The notes below the pieces were generated by a model. The model worked only from the letters and a program-made list of their open reading frames with translations. It did not search any database and was not told the DNA's origin. Below are positions 1 through 9,352 of a stretch of 64,000 nt of DNA, piece after piece (the first letter of the stretch is position 1; each line of letters opens with the position of its first letter). The position numbers were made by a program, and so were the translations under genes. The stretch is from a virus. The DNA lies in the IMG/VR virus record IMGVR_UViG_3300036820_000003, positions 1-64,000 of that record, one strand, 5' to 3'.

Positions 1-30
1 AGGCGAGTAAATTCGAGCTAATCAAAATCT

Positions 31-340
31 TCACTCTTGCACCACCTCCTTCAGCGAGGGGTGCGGACACCCCCCTTCGTGCTGACATTTTGCTGTACAT
101 GACTGAGAGCAATGTCGCACGCGATCGTATCGGTTGCTGAAGAAGACAGTATCACACTTGTGGCAGGTCTGTCCAACTGTATCCCGGCCCTCTTTTCGTC
201 GATTCGCGGACTTGCACGCCTTCGAGCAGAACAACTGATCACTACGTCCATGTCCCGGACTTCGGGTTGTGATTCCGGAGGTATGCATGGATGGTAACGT
301 AGAGCTTCCCGCCGACTTCTATGGGTTGATCATCCGTCAT
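31..340 (-). pseudogene. Probable internally deleted, frameshifted HNH-type endonuclease with Cys-rich zinc-binding tail
   Basis: ATG at 340, 5 nt after TACTAT, reads MTDDQPIEVGGKLYVTIHAYLRNHNPKSG and stops at 242-244. A +1 frame continues FCSKACKSANRRKEGRD..TCHKCDTVF..HCSQSC to the stop at 31, which overlaps an RBS and GTG of the next gene. Confidence 0.5.
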
Positions 341-433
341 ACCCCATAGTACCATCAGGTACGGGATGCAAAAAGTCTCCCCGCTAGATCTAGATAGATC
401 ATAGCGAGGAGGCCTTTGCTTGTCAAACAGCTG

Positions 434-625
434 TCACAGCTGGTCGCGACCGGTCCGACGGGCGTATCTCCTGACCGAGACCGCCTTGTAGCGCCGATGA
501 CCGCCCGGCGTTCGAATTGCCTTAATCTTACCCTCTTCCGCCCAGCGGGAGAGGGTTTTATCGGTGCAATGCAGAATCGCCATAGCCTCAGCGGGAGTGA
601 GCAGCTCATTTTCGTCTTCACTCAT
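434..625 (-). CDS. bldC: BldC-family (MerR-like winged HTH) transcriptional regulator
   Basis: LLTPAEAMAILHCTDKTLSRWAEEGKIKAIRTPGGHRRY parallels Streptomyces BldC (LLTPAEVATMFRVDPKTVTRWAKAGKLTSIRTLGGHRRY). RBS AAGAAGGA upstream. Confidence 0.85.
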   Translation of the reverse strand: MSEDENELLTPAEAMAILHCTDKTLSRWAEEGKIKAIRTPGGHRRYKAVSVRRYARRTGRDQL

Positions 626-645
626 GTGTTTCCTTCTTAATGAAA

Positions 646-693
646 GAGCGTCCCGGCCGCCGTGGGATGGGGTGGAGTCCGGCCGGGACGCTC
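646..693. terminator. Inverted repeat, possible terminator or RNA hairpin between the AAA ATPase and bldC-like genes
   Basis: GAGCGTCCCGGCC (646-658) / GGCCGGGACGCTC (681-693), 13-bp stem. Confidence 0.5.
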
Positions 694-725
694 AACTTCA
701 TGCTACCAGATTGCGCGCAGGGGCG

Positions 726-2246
726 CTACCTGACGGGCGGGGCGACCTCGACGGGCCTCCCCAGGACGGTTGCCCTTTGCAGGACCCGGGCGATGGCGTC
801 CTCGGTGGTGGAGGTCATGTCCGGGACGTGCTCGTGCTTGGCCTCGTTGGAGCCCTCCATCCGCTTCCGCTGCTCCTGGAGGATGGCGGCGGCCTCGATG
901 AGCTCCTTAGTGCCGACCGCGAATGCGCCGTCGCTCACCGACAGCTTGGCCAGGTACGCCGTCCTGGCCGCCTCCGAAGCGAACGCCGGGAGCAGTCCCG
1001 CGAACGCCTCCGCGACTTCCGCGTAGTTGATGTCCACGGTACGCCGGATGTCGGGAATCACCGACTCGATGATCTTGCGATGCGCCTCCGGATCCGGATC
1101 CCCGAACTCGATGACGTGATCGATGCGACCGGGTCGCAGCATCGCCTTGTCGATCTTGTCCAGGAAGTTGGTGGTGGTCAGCAGGATGACCTGGACGCCC
1201 TTGTTGTGGGCGCTGTCGACCGCGTCCAGCAGGCGGCTGACGTCCTGCCGGGACCGCTGGGCCACCAGGTTGTCCAGATCCTCGATGAAGACGACCGCCG
1301 GGGAGTATATCGAGGCGGTGCTGAGAGCGTCGAACGGGTCGTCGTCGGCTCGCACCGTGACGAACGTCCACCCGTTCTCGACCGCCTTCTGCGCGGCGAG
1401 GAGCGCGGCGAGGGACTTGCCGGTCCCGTACTTGCCCGCCAGCAGGATGCCCGACTTGACCTGCACGCCGTCATCCAGCAGGCGCTTGGTCTTCATGATG
1501 GGAGTGAACAGGTGAATGGTCAGCTCGCTCATCACGTCGACCGGGTAGATGATGTCCTCGGCCGCGAAGGAGTACGGATTGACGAACCCGGGGGTCATCT
1601 CGGCGGCCGTGATCATCTTGCCACGGTAGATGCTGTGCTCGCTCAGGAACGTGTCGATGATGGCCCAGAAGCCCTCGATGTGATTCTTGTACTTGCGCGG
1701 GGCCTTGCAGGTGATGTGGGACACCACCCCGAGATCCTCGTGGTAGTTGTAGCCCACGTTGAACTCCGCGTCCAGGGGCTTGAACCCGATCTTGCCCCAC
1801 GGCGCTTCCGTGAACTCGTCAATCCCGGTCTGGACGCTGATGAGCTTGGGCTCGATGTCACCCCAGGCGGTCTTGGTGACCTTGCCGATGCCCTGCCCGC
1901 CGAACACCAGGGCCATCGCCCGGCTGAACGCCACCGCGCCGTCATACGGACGATGCAGAAACGTCCGATTGAATTCGATGACCGATTCCTCGGACTTGGC
2001 GAACTGCCTGAGCTGCTCGATAGCGCCCTGCAGATTGCCCCTCATCCGCTCCGGGAGGACAAGCGCGTCCCCCTCGTAGCGAATGCCGTCCTGACTGGAC
2101 ACCATGCTGCCCAGCTTCTCCATATTGGAGATGATCGCTTCCTTGTCGAGATCCTCCGTGGAGGCTTCGACCTTCGTTTCGGTGATTGGAATTCCCTTCG
2201 CTTCCTTGTTCCTGTCCTTCTTGGCTGCCTTGCCGTTGCTTGCCAT
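726..2246 (-). CDS. Classic-clade AAA+ ATPase (FtsH/Cdc48-like module)
   Basis: Walker A GKYGTGKS, Walker B VVFIEDLD, sensor TTN and second region of homology AMLRPGRID. Confidence 0.9.
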   Translation of the reverse strand: MASNGKAAKKDRNKEAKGIPITETKVEASTEDLDKEAIISNMEKLGSMVSSQDGIRYEGDALVLPERMRGNLQGAIEQLRQFAKSEESVIEFNRTFLHRPYDGAVAFSRAMALVFGGQGIGKVTKTAWGDIEPKLISVQTGIDEFTEAPWGKIGFKPLDAEFNVGYNYHEDLGVVSHITCKAPRKYKNHIEGFWAIIDTFLSEHSIYRGKMITAAEMTPGFVNPYSFAAEDIIYPVDVMSELTIHLFTPIMKTKRLLDDGVQVKSGILLAGKYGTGKSLAALLAAQKAVENGWTFVTVRADDDPFDALSTASIYSPAVVFIEDLDNLVAQRSRQDVSRLLDAVDSAHNKGVQVILLTTTNFLDKIDKAMLRPGRIDHVIEFGDPDPEAHRKIIESVIPDIRRTVDINYAEVAEAFAGLLPAFASEAARTAYLAKLSVSDGAFAVGTKELIEAAAILQEQRKRMEGSNEAKHEHVPDMTSTTEDAIARVLQRATVLGRPVEVAPPVR

Positions 2247-2325
2247 ACGTAAACACTACCGCAAACGAGCTTGCCCCGCGCGGTTTTAGGGCTTCGAAGC
2301 TGGTCGGGGCCACAATGACTGCAAC

Positions 2326-3054
2326 TCAGCGGGGGTTGCCAGGCGCTCCTGAGACTCCTGAATCCGAGCCTCCTCTCGTGCTCGCGGAGTGAATGCGGTT
2401 TGCAGCCGACGCAGACGTCGGGCCGTGCCGGGGGGAAGTGGCAGTTGCTTCATGACCTCGTGAGTTGTCCCGGTTGCTCATCATGGACAGGATGCGGGAC
2501 TCGGAAACCGGAGTCAGGCTCCAGGCGTCCATCCCGACGTGGATTTCGCGCGGAGACGTGCGACGAACGGCGCTGTGCGTGTGCCCGTGCAGGAGGATCG
2601 CCCCCTCATCACGGAGTCGGAACTGGGTGAATCTGTCTTCCCCGGAGTGATCCCCGTCGCCCTTGTACGGGAAGTGGCTGAGCAGAACGATCCGGGATCC
2701 GATGCTCACCTGGGCGAACGGCTGGACGGAGGCGAACACCTCCAGGTACGGTCCGTACTTGTTCCAGGAGTTCTTGTTGCCGGACCACGGGTCGTCGTGA
2801 TTGCCGGTGATCAGGTGCTTGACGCCGTTCATGCGATCGAACAGCCTGAGATTGGCGGATCGATTGCCCATCACCGCGTCCCCGAGCAGGAAAACGATGT
2901 CGAGGGCGGAGACCTCCGCGTTCCAGCGACGGATGATCTCCTCGTCATGCGCTTTGAGATCAGGTCTCTCGTCCGGCTTGAAAAACCCTCGCTTGCCCGC
3001 TAGCAGCAGATGTCCCAGATGCGTGTCCGAGGTGAAGAACCGCTTGACGCTCAT
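2326..3054 (-). CDS. Calcineurin-like metallophosphoesterase
   Basis: Motifs SDTHLGH, LGD, GNHD, LSHFPY, LHGHTH and HVGMDAW. Confidence 0.9.
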   Translation of the reverse strand: MSVKRFFTSDTHLGHLLLAGKRGFFKPDERPDLKAHDEEIIRRWNAEVSALDIVFLLGDAVMGNRSANLRLFDRMNGVKHLITGNHDDPWSGNKNSWNKYGPYLEVFASVQPFAQVSIGSRIVLLSHFPYKGDGDHSGEDRFTQFRLRDEGAILLHGHTHSAVRRTSPREIHVGMDAWSLTPVSESRILSMMSNRDNSRGHEATATSPRHGPTSASAANRIHSASTRGGSDSGVSGAPGNPR

Positions 3055-3340
3055 TCATCCGTTCCTCCTTCCACTTCCGACCGCCGCCCGTCCCCCAGTG
3101 GGCCGGAGGCGGCGGGGTGTAACGCGAGTACCAGTCCAGAACCTCGCTGATATCCCATGCCTTGAAGCCGTCATCATCCAGGTGATGCGGCGCGGGGAAC
3201 CCGTTCCGACGGGTGCGCAGATACCAAGCCCTCACGCCCTGTCGGGAAACCGGCCTAGGCCCGGCGTCGCTAAGACGCCGGGCCAGCTCCGCGTAACCGC
3301 CGTACACAGCGGCTTTGTGTGTAAGTATACCAAGCGCCAT
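2960..3340 (-). CDS. Small HTH DNA-binding protein (AlpA/excisionase-like)
   Basis: GYAELARRLS..VSRQGVRAW..GFPAP..WDISEVLDW; leaderless ATG 6 nt after TACACT. Confidence 0.6.
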   Translation of the reverse strand: MALGILTHKAAVYGGYAELARRLSDAGPRPVSRQGVRAWYLRTRRNGFPAPHHLDDDGFKAWDISEVLDWYSRYTPPPPAHWGTGGGRKWKEERMNERQAVLHLGHASGTSAASGQARVFQAGRET

Positions 3341-3354
3341 GCCTCAAGTGTACA

Positions 3355-3879
3355 CTAGAACGGCAGCTCCGGAGCCGTCGGGTTCGCGTGATGGTGATGC
3401 GCGACTGGAGGCGTCGGGGAAAATGATCCGAACACGCCCATGTCCGAGTCCGGGACGGGACCGGATGCGTGATGGACTACGCCGTCGGTCGGGGGCTTGA
3501 CCGTGTTGATGTCATTGCGATTCGTGCCTTGGAATTCGCGCTGGGTTACCTCAGCGATACACCGGCGATTTTCCAAGTCGTCGGCGATCTTTTCGAGACT
3601 CGGGTTCTTGGCGAGATACTCTCGATCCAGTCCGAACGCCGCGAGCTTGCGGATGAGAAATCCGAGGGCGGCAGGACTTTCTGGAGAAATTACCATGTTG
3701 GTAAACACCTTGGATCCCTCGTTCGGTCCGCCCTCGACTGCTAGAACGAGCTTTAGCATGTCCTTACCACTGCTCGACTGCGTGGCCGTGCACTTGTCCA
3801 CGTACATGTCGTACGTTCCCACCGGCAGGGCGCTGAATCCCTGGTCGTCGGCGGCGGAAAGCCATTCTGACCATTTCAT
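3355..3879 (-). CDS. DUF669-family single-stranded DNA-binding protein
   Basis: FSALPVGTYDMYV..SSSGKDMLKLVLAVEGGPNEG; lies next to a Sak4-like gene. Confidence 0.8.
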   Translation of the reverse strand: MKWSEWLSAADDQGFSALPVGTYDMYVDKCTATQSSSGKDMLKLVLAVEGGPNEGSKVFTNMVISPESPAALGFLIRKLAAFGLDREYLAKNPSLEKIADDLENRRCIAEVTQREFQGTNRNDINTVKPPTDGVVHHASGPVPDSDMGVFGSFSPTPPVAHHHHANPTAPELPF

Positions 3880-3897
3880 GGTGGAAATTGTAATCTC

Positions 3898-4491
3898 CTA
3901 CCTCTCCTGATGCTGGTTCTTGTGCTTGATTTTCCGAGCATGCTCGGAGGTGTAGATGACCCGATGAGCTTTCTCATCATACCACCAGTGACACTGTCTG
4001 CACATTGGCCGAAAGTGGTTAAGCGGATCGGTCCCGTCCGTGCCATGCGTCCAAGCCCAGTCCTTTGCGGGACCCTCGCACATGATACAGTCGTATTCGG
4101 AGGCACTTCCCCGCTTATGACGAACATGATAGTGAACGCTCCAGTACGTCACCTCTTGGCTGTGCTTGCCGCAGGTGCATCCAGGCTCACATTTCTTCAT
4201 GTTCTTGAACCCGCATGTACAATCTGGACTGCACTGATGACGCGGCCGAGGGCCGATTCCGCGAGTAGAGCACGACCGACTGCAGTATTGTCTTGCTAGG
4301 TATACCTTGAGAGAATCTTTGACCCGCTTTTTGATAGGTCCACCGCAGTAATCACAAGTGTTACCGCTGAACTGCCTGTCCCAGAACTCTTTCTTGCACT
4401 CCCGACTACAGAACTCCTGCCGTTCATATGGTCCTTGCCTCTGATTTTCACGGCGTCCGAAGTCTTTTCCGCATCCTTTACACGCTTTCAC
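3898..4491 (-). CDS. HNH-type homing endonuclease with Cys-rich repeats
   Basis: CxxC..FCSxxC repeats, then YWSVHYHVRHKRGSASEYDCIMC..WAW..FRPMCRQCHWWYD. Confidence 0.7.
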   Translation of the reverse strand: MKACKGCGKDFGRRENQRQGPYERQEFCSRECKKEFWDRQFSGNTCDYCGGPIKKRVKDSLKVYLARQYCSRSCSTRGIGPRPRHQCSPDCTCGFKNMKKCEPGCTCGKHSQEVTYWSVHYHVRHKRGSASEYDCIMCEGPAKDWAWTHGTDGTDPLNHFRPMCRQCHWWYDEKAHRVIYTSEHARKIKHKNQHQER

Positions 4492-5215
4492 TGCCCCGGA
4501 TCCTCTCGATCATCCGACTGATGACCTCTGTGTCCCCATCCGGAACATCTACGTAAGTTCCGAGTTTACCTCCGACACGCTCCCCCGTCTCGTAGCCGGG
4601 AGCTGATCCGATGTAAAGTCTCCGGAACGAAATGCCTTCTTCCGTGACTCCCTGAGCTAGATATCCGACTATGTCCACGAAGTATGGCATCGTCGTCGCT
4701 AGTCGACCCTGCATGAACGGGTACCAGCTCCCGCCGTCGGGGCGTTGTGCGGCCATCGCGATGAACACCACCGCGTCCATCGGACGAATCGGATTGGTGA
4801 TGAGATCCCGGAACTTGCGAATCATATCCGATCCGATACGCAGCACGTCACCCCACTGCTGGACCTTGAGCTGCTGAGTGCCCGCAAGATCATCTATAAT
4901 TCTTTGCTGGCACTCTGAGATCGAGTCGATGATCACACTACGGAACGGGTGCTTGCCGGAGTTCAGCCACTCGAACGTCTTGGTCACGTCTTTGAACGAC
5001 CTGACCGGAACGATTGCGGTTTCCCATGAGCCATCAGCCTCGGGCGGCCCGCTTTTCGTCGGTTCCCACAGGATCTTCTTACTGGGGGTGAAGCGGCTGC
5101 CCGCCTCCGCGTCGAGCACCACCCGTGGAGCTGGGGTCGTGTCCCCGAGCCAGGATTTCCCCTGCTTCGGGTGGGAAAACACGATCATGTTGAGGCCGTA
5201 ATGCACGTCGGTCAT
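4478..5215 (-). CDS. AAA_24 / Sak4-like ssDNA-annealing ATPase
   Basis: Start placed at ATG 5215 (RBS GAAGGAGG). SHPKQGKS Walker A, VIIDSISE Walker B, QQWG and FIA motifs. Confidence 0.8.
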   Translation of the reverse strand: MTDVHYGLNMIVFSHPKQGKSWLGDTTPAPRVVLDAEAGSRFTPSKKILWEPTKSGPPEADGSWETAIVPVRSFKDVTKTFEWLNSGKHPFRSVIIDSISECQQRIIDDLAGTQQLKVQQWGDVLRIGSDMIRKFRDLITNPIRPMDAVVFIAMAAQRPDGGSWYPFMQGRLATTMPYFVDIVGYLAQGVTEEGISFRRLYIGSAPGYETGERVGGKLGTYVDVPDGDTEVISRMIERIRGSESV

Positions 5216-5308
5216 TCCTTGCCTCCTTCGCTGACCTGATAAGCATACTCCGGTCGGCGGGGAAGCGCAACTCCTTGTCCTACTCAGGTTCCCGTGGTAC
5301 ACTGAGGT

Positions 5309-5767
5309 GTGAGCGATGAAGGCGGAGCCGCCCTGTGGCTCGACCCCGGCGGCACGACCGGCATGGCCGCGTGGTTCTTCGAGACCGGCGAGTTTCGCAG
5401 CTGGCAGGAGGACTTCAAGGGAACCGGAGCGCGCATCGAGTCGCTGGCGTTTCACGTGAAACATCTGTCGATCGGCTACGAGCAATACAACATATCGCCT
5501 GGCCGCTACGTCCGGCACGACGGCTCGTCGCTGATGGTGATCGGCATGACCCGCTGGCTCGCGCTCGTGCACGGGGCCTCGATGCTTCCGTCACAGCCCC
5601 CGTCGGCCCGCAACCTGGGACTCAAGCATCTTAAAGTTCTCGGCTGGCACCGACCCGGACTCGGTCACGCAAATGACGCAGCAGCTCATTTGGCATCGTG
5701 GGCCATTTCAAATGATCTTCTACCCGAGGAACTGAAGGAGCGACTGCGTGGCAACAGCAGGGCTTGA
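5309..5767 (+). CDS. RuvC-like Holliday junction resolvase
   Basis: LDPGGTTG, IGYEQY and HANDAAAH acidic motifs. Confidence 0.7.
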   Translation: MSDEGGAALWLDPGGTTGMAAWFFETGEFRSWQEDFKGTGARIESLAFHVKHLSIGYEQYNISPGRYVRHDGSSLMVIGMTRWLALVHGASMLPSQPPSARNLGLKHLKVLGWHRPGLGHANDAAAHLASWAISNDLLPEELKERLRGNSRA

Positions 5768-7514
5768 CGGCGACTGGATCAGCCTGGACTGCAGCTACAG
5801 TCAGAGGGATCTCGCACTCCAAATCCCGGGCGGTCGCTGGTCGAAGGAGTCCCAGCTATGGAACATGCCCCGAACCTGGGCCGCATGTTTGCAGCTACGC
5901 GGACTGTTCGGCTCGGATCTGGAGATGACCGAAGAGCTGCGGGAGTGGGCCGCCGAGCTGCGCGAGCAGCGGATTGACCCCGCGCTCCATTTGCGTGAAC
6001 AGCTAGTGTCCGGCGAGTTCCTGTCCCCCGTCGAGGAGTGCCTCCGGAAAATCGAGGACGGCTCGGGGTTGCGGCTCAAGGAGTTCCAGGTGGCGGACGT
6101 GGAATTCCTCGCCCTGTGCGGACAGGCTCTGCTCGCTAACCAGCCGGGCACGGGGAAGACGGCGGTCACCATCCGCACGCTCCAGGTGCTGAGCCGGATG
6201 GGGCTGGAGCCCTTCCCGACGCTGATCGTGTGCCCGAACAGCCTCAAGAACACGGTGTGGGCGCAGGAACTGGCCCGCTGGGCACCCGAGCTGACGCTCA
6301 CCGTCGTCGGAGGGACGGCGGGAGCCCGTCGCAAGCAGATCCTTACCGAGACTGACGTGACCGTCATCAACTACGAGAGTCTCCGACTGCACACGCGGGA
6401 GGAAGGCTACGGGACCATCCGGCTGAGTGACAAGTCGAAGGAGCGGAAGGAACTCAACGCCCGGGGATTCCGAACCGTCGTGTGCGACGAGGCGCATCGG
6501 ATGCGCAACCACGACACCGCCCTCACTCGCTCGGCCTGGGCGGTACTGCACGAGGCGGAGTACCGGTTCCTGCTGACGGGGACGCCGGTGAACAACCACT
6601 GCGGGGATCTGTGGGGGCTGATGCACGGGATCCTCCCCGACTGGCACCCTCGCTACACACGGTATCTAAGCCGCTACGGATTGCTAGGTTACAACTGGTT
6701 CGGGGGGACCGAGGTGCTGGGACTCCGGCCTGAGACTGCGGAGGAGTTCCGGGCGATCACCGAGCCGACTTATCGAAGAGTGCTCAAGACCGCCGTCCTC
6801 CCGCAGCTCCCCCCGAAGCTGCCGCCGTCCATCCGCGAGACCCCGATGTCGCCCAAGCAGGCGAAGGCGTACGCTCAGATGGAGGCGAACCTGCTGACGG
6901 TGCTGGACGACGGGGAGATCCTCGCCGCGCCCTCCGCACTCGCGCAGCTGACCCGTCTGCTGCAGTTCGCAGCCGCCGACGCGATGGTGGACGAGAAGGG
7001 CGAGGTGCAGTTGAAATCGCCCTCGTCGAAGGTCGATGACCTGCTGGAGTTCCTCGGGGAGATGGACGACGACGAGCCGCTGGTCGTCGCGGCGGTCAGC
7101 CGGAAGCTGATCGAGCTGGCGGCCGGGAAGCTGAAGGAAAAGGGCGTGAGGTACGGCCTGGTGACCGGGGCTGTCTCGACGGTCGAGCGGGCGAAGGCGG
7201 TGGCGGACTTCCAGGACGGTCGGTCGCGGGTGATCCTGCTGACGCTGGGTGCGGGCGCGGAGGGGCTGACCCTGACCCGAGCCAGTTGCATGCTGTTCAT
7301 GCAGCGCTCGTGGAGTCCGCTCGAAAACGAGCAGGCGGCTGACCGGATCCATCGAATTGGATCCGAAGTACACGAATCCATCCGATTCGTGTACCAGGTG
7401 ACACCAGGGACGGTGGAGAGTCGTGTCCGCGATGTGCTGGAGGCGAAGGAAGGTCGCATTCAGGAGATCTGGCATGACCGCGACGCGCTGAGGAGGCTGC
7501 TGGGAAATGGATGA
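5748..7514 (+). CDS. SNF2-family helicase
   Basis: QPGTGKT, VCPNSL, DEAH, LTGTPV, AGAEGLTLT and QAADRIHRIG. Confidence 0.92.
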   Translation: MATAGLDGDWISLDCSYSQRDLALQIPGGRWSKESQLWNMPRTWAACLQLRGLFGSDLEMTEELREWAAELREQRIDPALHLREQLVSGEFLSPVEECLRKIEDGSGLRLKEFQVADVEFLALCGQALLANQPGTGKTAVTIRTLQVLSRMGLEPFPTLIVCPNSLKNTVWAQELARWAPELTLTVVGGTAGARRKQILTETDVTVINYESLRLHTREEGYGTIRLSDKSKERKELNARGFRTVVCDEAHRMRNHDTALTRSAWAVLHEAEYRFLLTGTPVNNHCGDLWGLMHGILPDWHPRYTRYLSRYGLLGYNWFGGTEVLGLRPETAEEFRAITEPTYRRVLKTAVLPQLPPKLPPSIRETPMSPKQAKAYAQMEANLLTVLDDGEILAAPSALAQLTRLLQFAAADAMVDEKGEVQLKSPSSKVDDLLEFLGEMDDDEPLVVAAVSRKLIELAAGKLKEKGVRYGLVTGAVSTVERAKAVADFQDGRSRVILLTLGAGAEGLTLTRASCMLFMQRSWSPLENEQAADRIHRIGSEVHESIRFVYQVTPGTVESRVRDVLEAKEGRIQEIWHDRDALRRLLGNG

Positions 7515-7857
7515 CGACAGGCCGAATCCGGGGCTGCACCCCTTTGACTTGCAGGCTCCCGTCAAAATCCTGTATCCGCAGTACACGTTGCTCGGACGGG
7601 GACCGAAGATCGATCGGCTGCAACTGGGCCAGACGGCGGACACTGCTACCTTCGAACGGTTCAGCTACCCTGACGGGACCGTCGTGTTCCGGATCGAGGT
7701 CCCGTGTGACAGGGGTCATTGCTACACCTGCGAGTGCAGCACCGGTCATTACATAGATATGTCATTCGACCAGCTCATTGCAATGCGAGCGCTACTGGGA
7801 GTCGTCAATGGTGTGCAGGGAATGTCGTACAAGGAAGCACGAGGAATGCCGTGGTAG
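7507..7857 (+). CDS. Hypothetical protein
   Basis: Translationally coupled to the helicase. Confidence 0.55.
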   Translation: MDDDRPNPGLHPFDLQAPVKILYPQYTLLGRGPKIDRLQLGQTADTATFERFSYPDGTVVFRIEVPCDRGHCYTCECSTGHYIDMSFDQLIAMRALLGVVNGVQGMSYKEARGMPW

Positions 7858-7904
7858 TTCGTGGTGCGACTGCCAGCACATGCCTGTCAGGGAGGATTCC
7901 CCGA

Positions 7905-8441
7905 TTGAGATTCGCTTACGCTGACCCGCCCTATCTCGGCAAGGGCAGGAAGTTCTATTCCGAGCACCCCGACGCCGCTGAATGGGATGATCCAGCGACG
8001 CATGTCAAGCTAGTTGACCGGCTGTGCCAGGAGTTCCCTGACGGCTGGGCACTGTCCGCGTCGACACCCTCGCTAAGGGTCCTGCTGCCCGCATGCCCGA
8101 CGGATGTCCGCATCGCGGCTTGGGTGAAGCCGTTCTGCATCTTCAAGAAAGGCGTCCGTCCCGCCTACGCCTGGGAGCCGGTGCTATTCTGCGGAGGACG
8201 CAACAAGAATCACCCTCCGCCGCTCAAAGGCGGGAGGCAGACCACTCCGAAAGACTACATCGCAGAGGTGATCACCCTGCGGAGGGGTCTGGTGGGAGCT
8301 AAGCCCGAGAAGGTCTGCCGCTGGGTGCTGGACCTGCTCAACGTCCAGCCAGGGGACGAGGTTGTGGACTTGTTTCCCGGAACCGGCGCGATGAGCCGGG
8401 TGATCAGCGAGGTGTGCTCAGATGACGCTGACCGCACTTGA
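7905..8441 (+). CDS. Amino-DNA methyltransferase-like protein (N6A/N4C)
   Basis: TTG start at 7905 after GGAGG. YADPPY motif, WVKP, and C-terminal EVVDLFPGTG SAM-binding loop. Confidence 0.75.
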   Translation: MRFAYADPPYLGKGRKFYSEHPDAAEWDDPATHVKLVDRLCQEFPDGWALSASTPSLRVLLPACPTDVRIAAWVKPFCIFKKGVRPAYAWEPVLFCGGRNKNHPPPLKGGRQTTPKDYIAEVITLRRGLVGAKPEKVCRWVLDLLNVQPGDEVVDLFPGTGAMSRVISEVCSDDADRT

Positions 8442-9093
8442 CCTGTTTTGCGGCGGGGGTGGCTCCGGCCTCGGCCTGATGCGAGCCGGGTTCGACCGGG
8501 TGATCGGCGTCGATGTGTCGGATCACGAGCGATCGTACTCGTCGTGGGGTGGGGAGTTCCACCGGATGGGATGGGAGGAGGGCCTCGCCCGCTTCGCGAT
8601 CGAGGCCGACCTCATCTGGGCGAGCCCGCCGTGTCACCGGTATTCTCGGATGACCAAGTGCATCCCCGGTCTGGCCGACACGAAGCCCGACCTGGTGGGA
8701 CCGGTGCGCGAGGCGCTGAGGGGGTCGGGGGCTCCGTGGATTATCGAGAACGTGGACGGGGCTCCCCTGCGGCACGCGATCATGCTATGCTGCTGGAGCT
8801 TCGGGTACGAAACTTACCGGCACCGGTACTTCGAAACGTCGCATCCCGTGCGCGAGAAGGAGCATCTGCCGCATGTCGTTCGAGGATCGCGCTCGGGTCA
8901 CTACGAGCCAGGGACGTTCATCTCGGTAGCGGGGCACTGCGACCCCATTGCCGAGGCCCGGCGGGTGATGGCGATAGACTGGATGTACCGGGACGAGCTG
9001 GTGGAGGCGATCCCGCCCTATATGGCCGAGTACGTGGGAAGGGAAATGATCCGTGCCGCTCAACTCGGAGTCACCGAGAGCGCAGATACTTAG
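8422..9093 (+). CDS. C5-cytosine DNA methyltransferase (short phage type)
   Basis: LDLFCGGGG, GVD, WASPPC, IIENV and HRYFE. Confidence 0.88.
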   Translation: MTLTALDLFCGGGGSGLGLMRAGFDRVIGVDVSDHERSYSSWGGEFHRMGWEEGLARFAIEADLIWASPPCHRYSRMTKCIPGLADTKPDLVGPVREALRGSGAPWIIENVDGAPLRHAIMLCCWSFGYETYRHRYFETSHPVREKEHLPHVVRGSRSGHYEPGTFISVAGHCDPIAEARRVMAIDWMYRDELVEAIPPYMAEYVGREMIRAAQLGVTESADT

Positions 9094-9352
9094 CGAGGCT
9101 AAGGATCTTATCTGCGGGGACCGCAACGTCCAGTACGGGCCGCCTACGGCTGACTTCGATCGGATTGCGTCGCTGCTGAACGCGCTCGGCTACCAAGCTG
9201 GAGGTGGTCGCCCTATCGAATCGCACGACGTGGCGGTGATCCAGATCTGCCTCAAACTCAGTCGGCTGGCCTGGAAATCGCAGAAGAAAGACAGTTGGAC
9301 TGACATCATCGGGTACGCAGCATGCGGGTGGGAGTGCGTTGACGGTGACTGA
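9053..9352 (+). CDS. DUF6378-like protein
   Basis: GDRNVQYGPP..FDRIASL..HDVA..LKLSR..DSWTDIIGYAACG. Confidence 0.75.
   Translation: MPLNSESPRAQILSEAKDLICGDRNVQYGPPTADFDRIASLLNALGYQAGGGRPIESHDVAVIQICLKLSRLAWKSQKKDSWTDIIGYAACGWECVDGD

Noticed and set aside
564-2252. Long antisense ORFs (e.g. 564-2252 +, 20832-21593 -, 32324-33364 -, 59560-61026 +)
   Set aside because: Shadow frames of real high-GC genes, with no motifs or RBS.
5216-5572. N-terminal extension of the AAA_24 ORF given in the track
   Set aside because: It overlaps the divergent resolvase gene; a good RBS and ATG exist at 5215.
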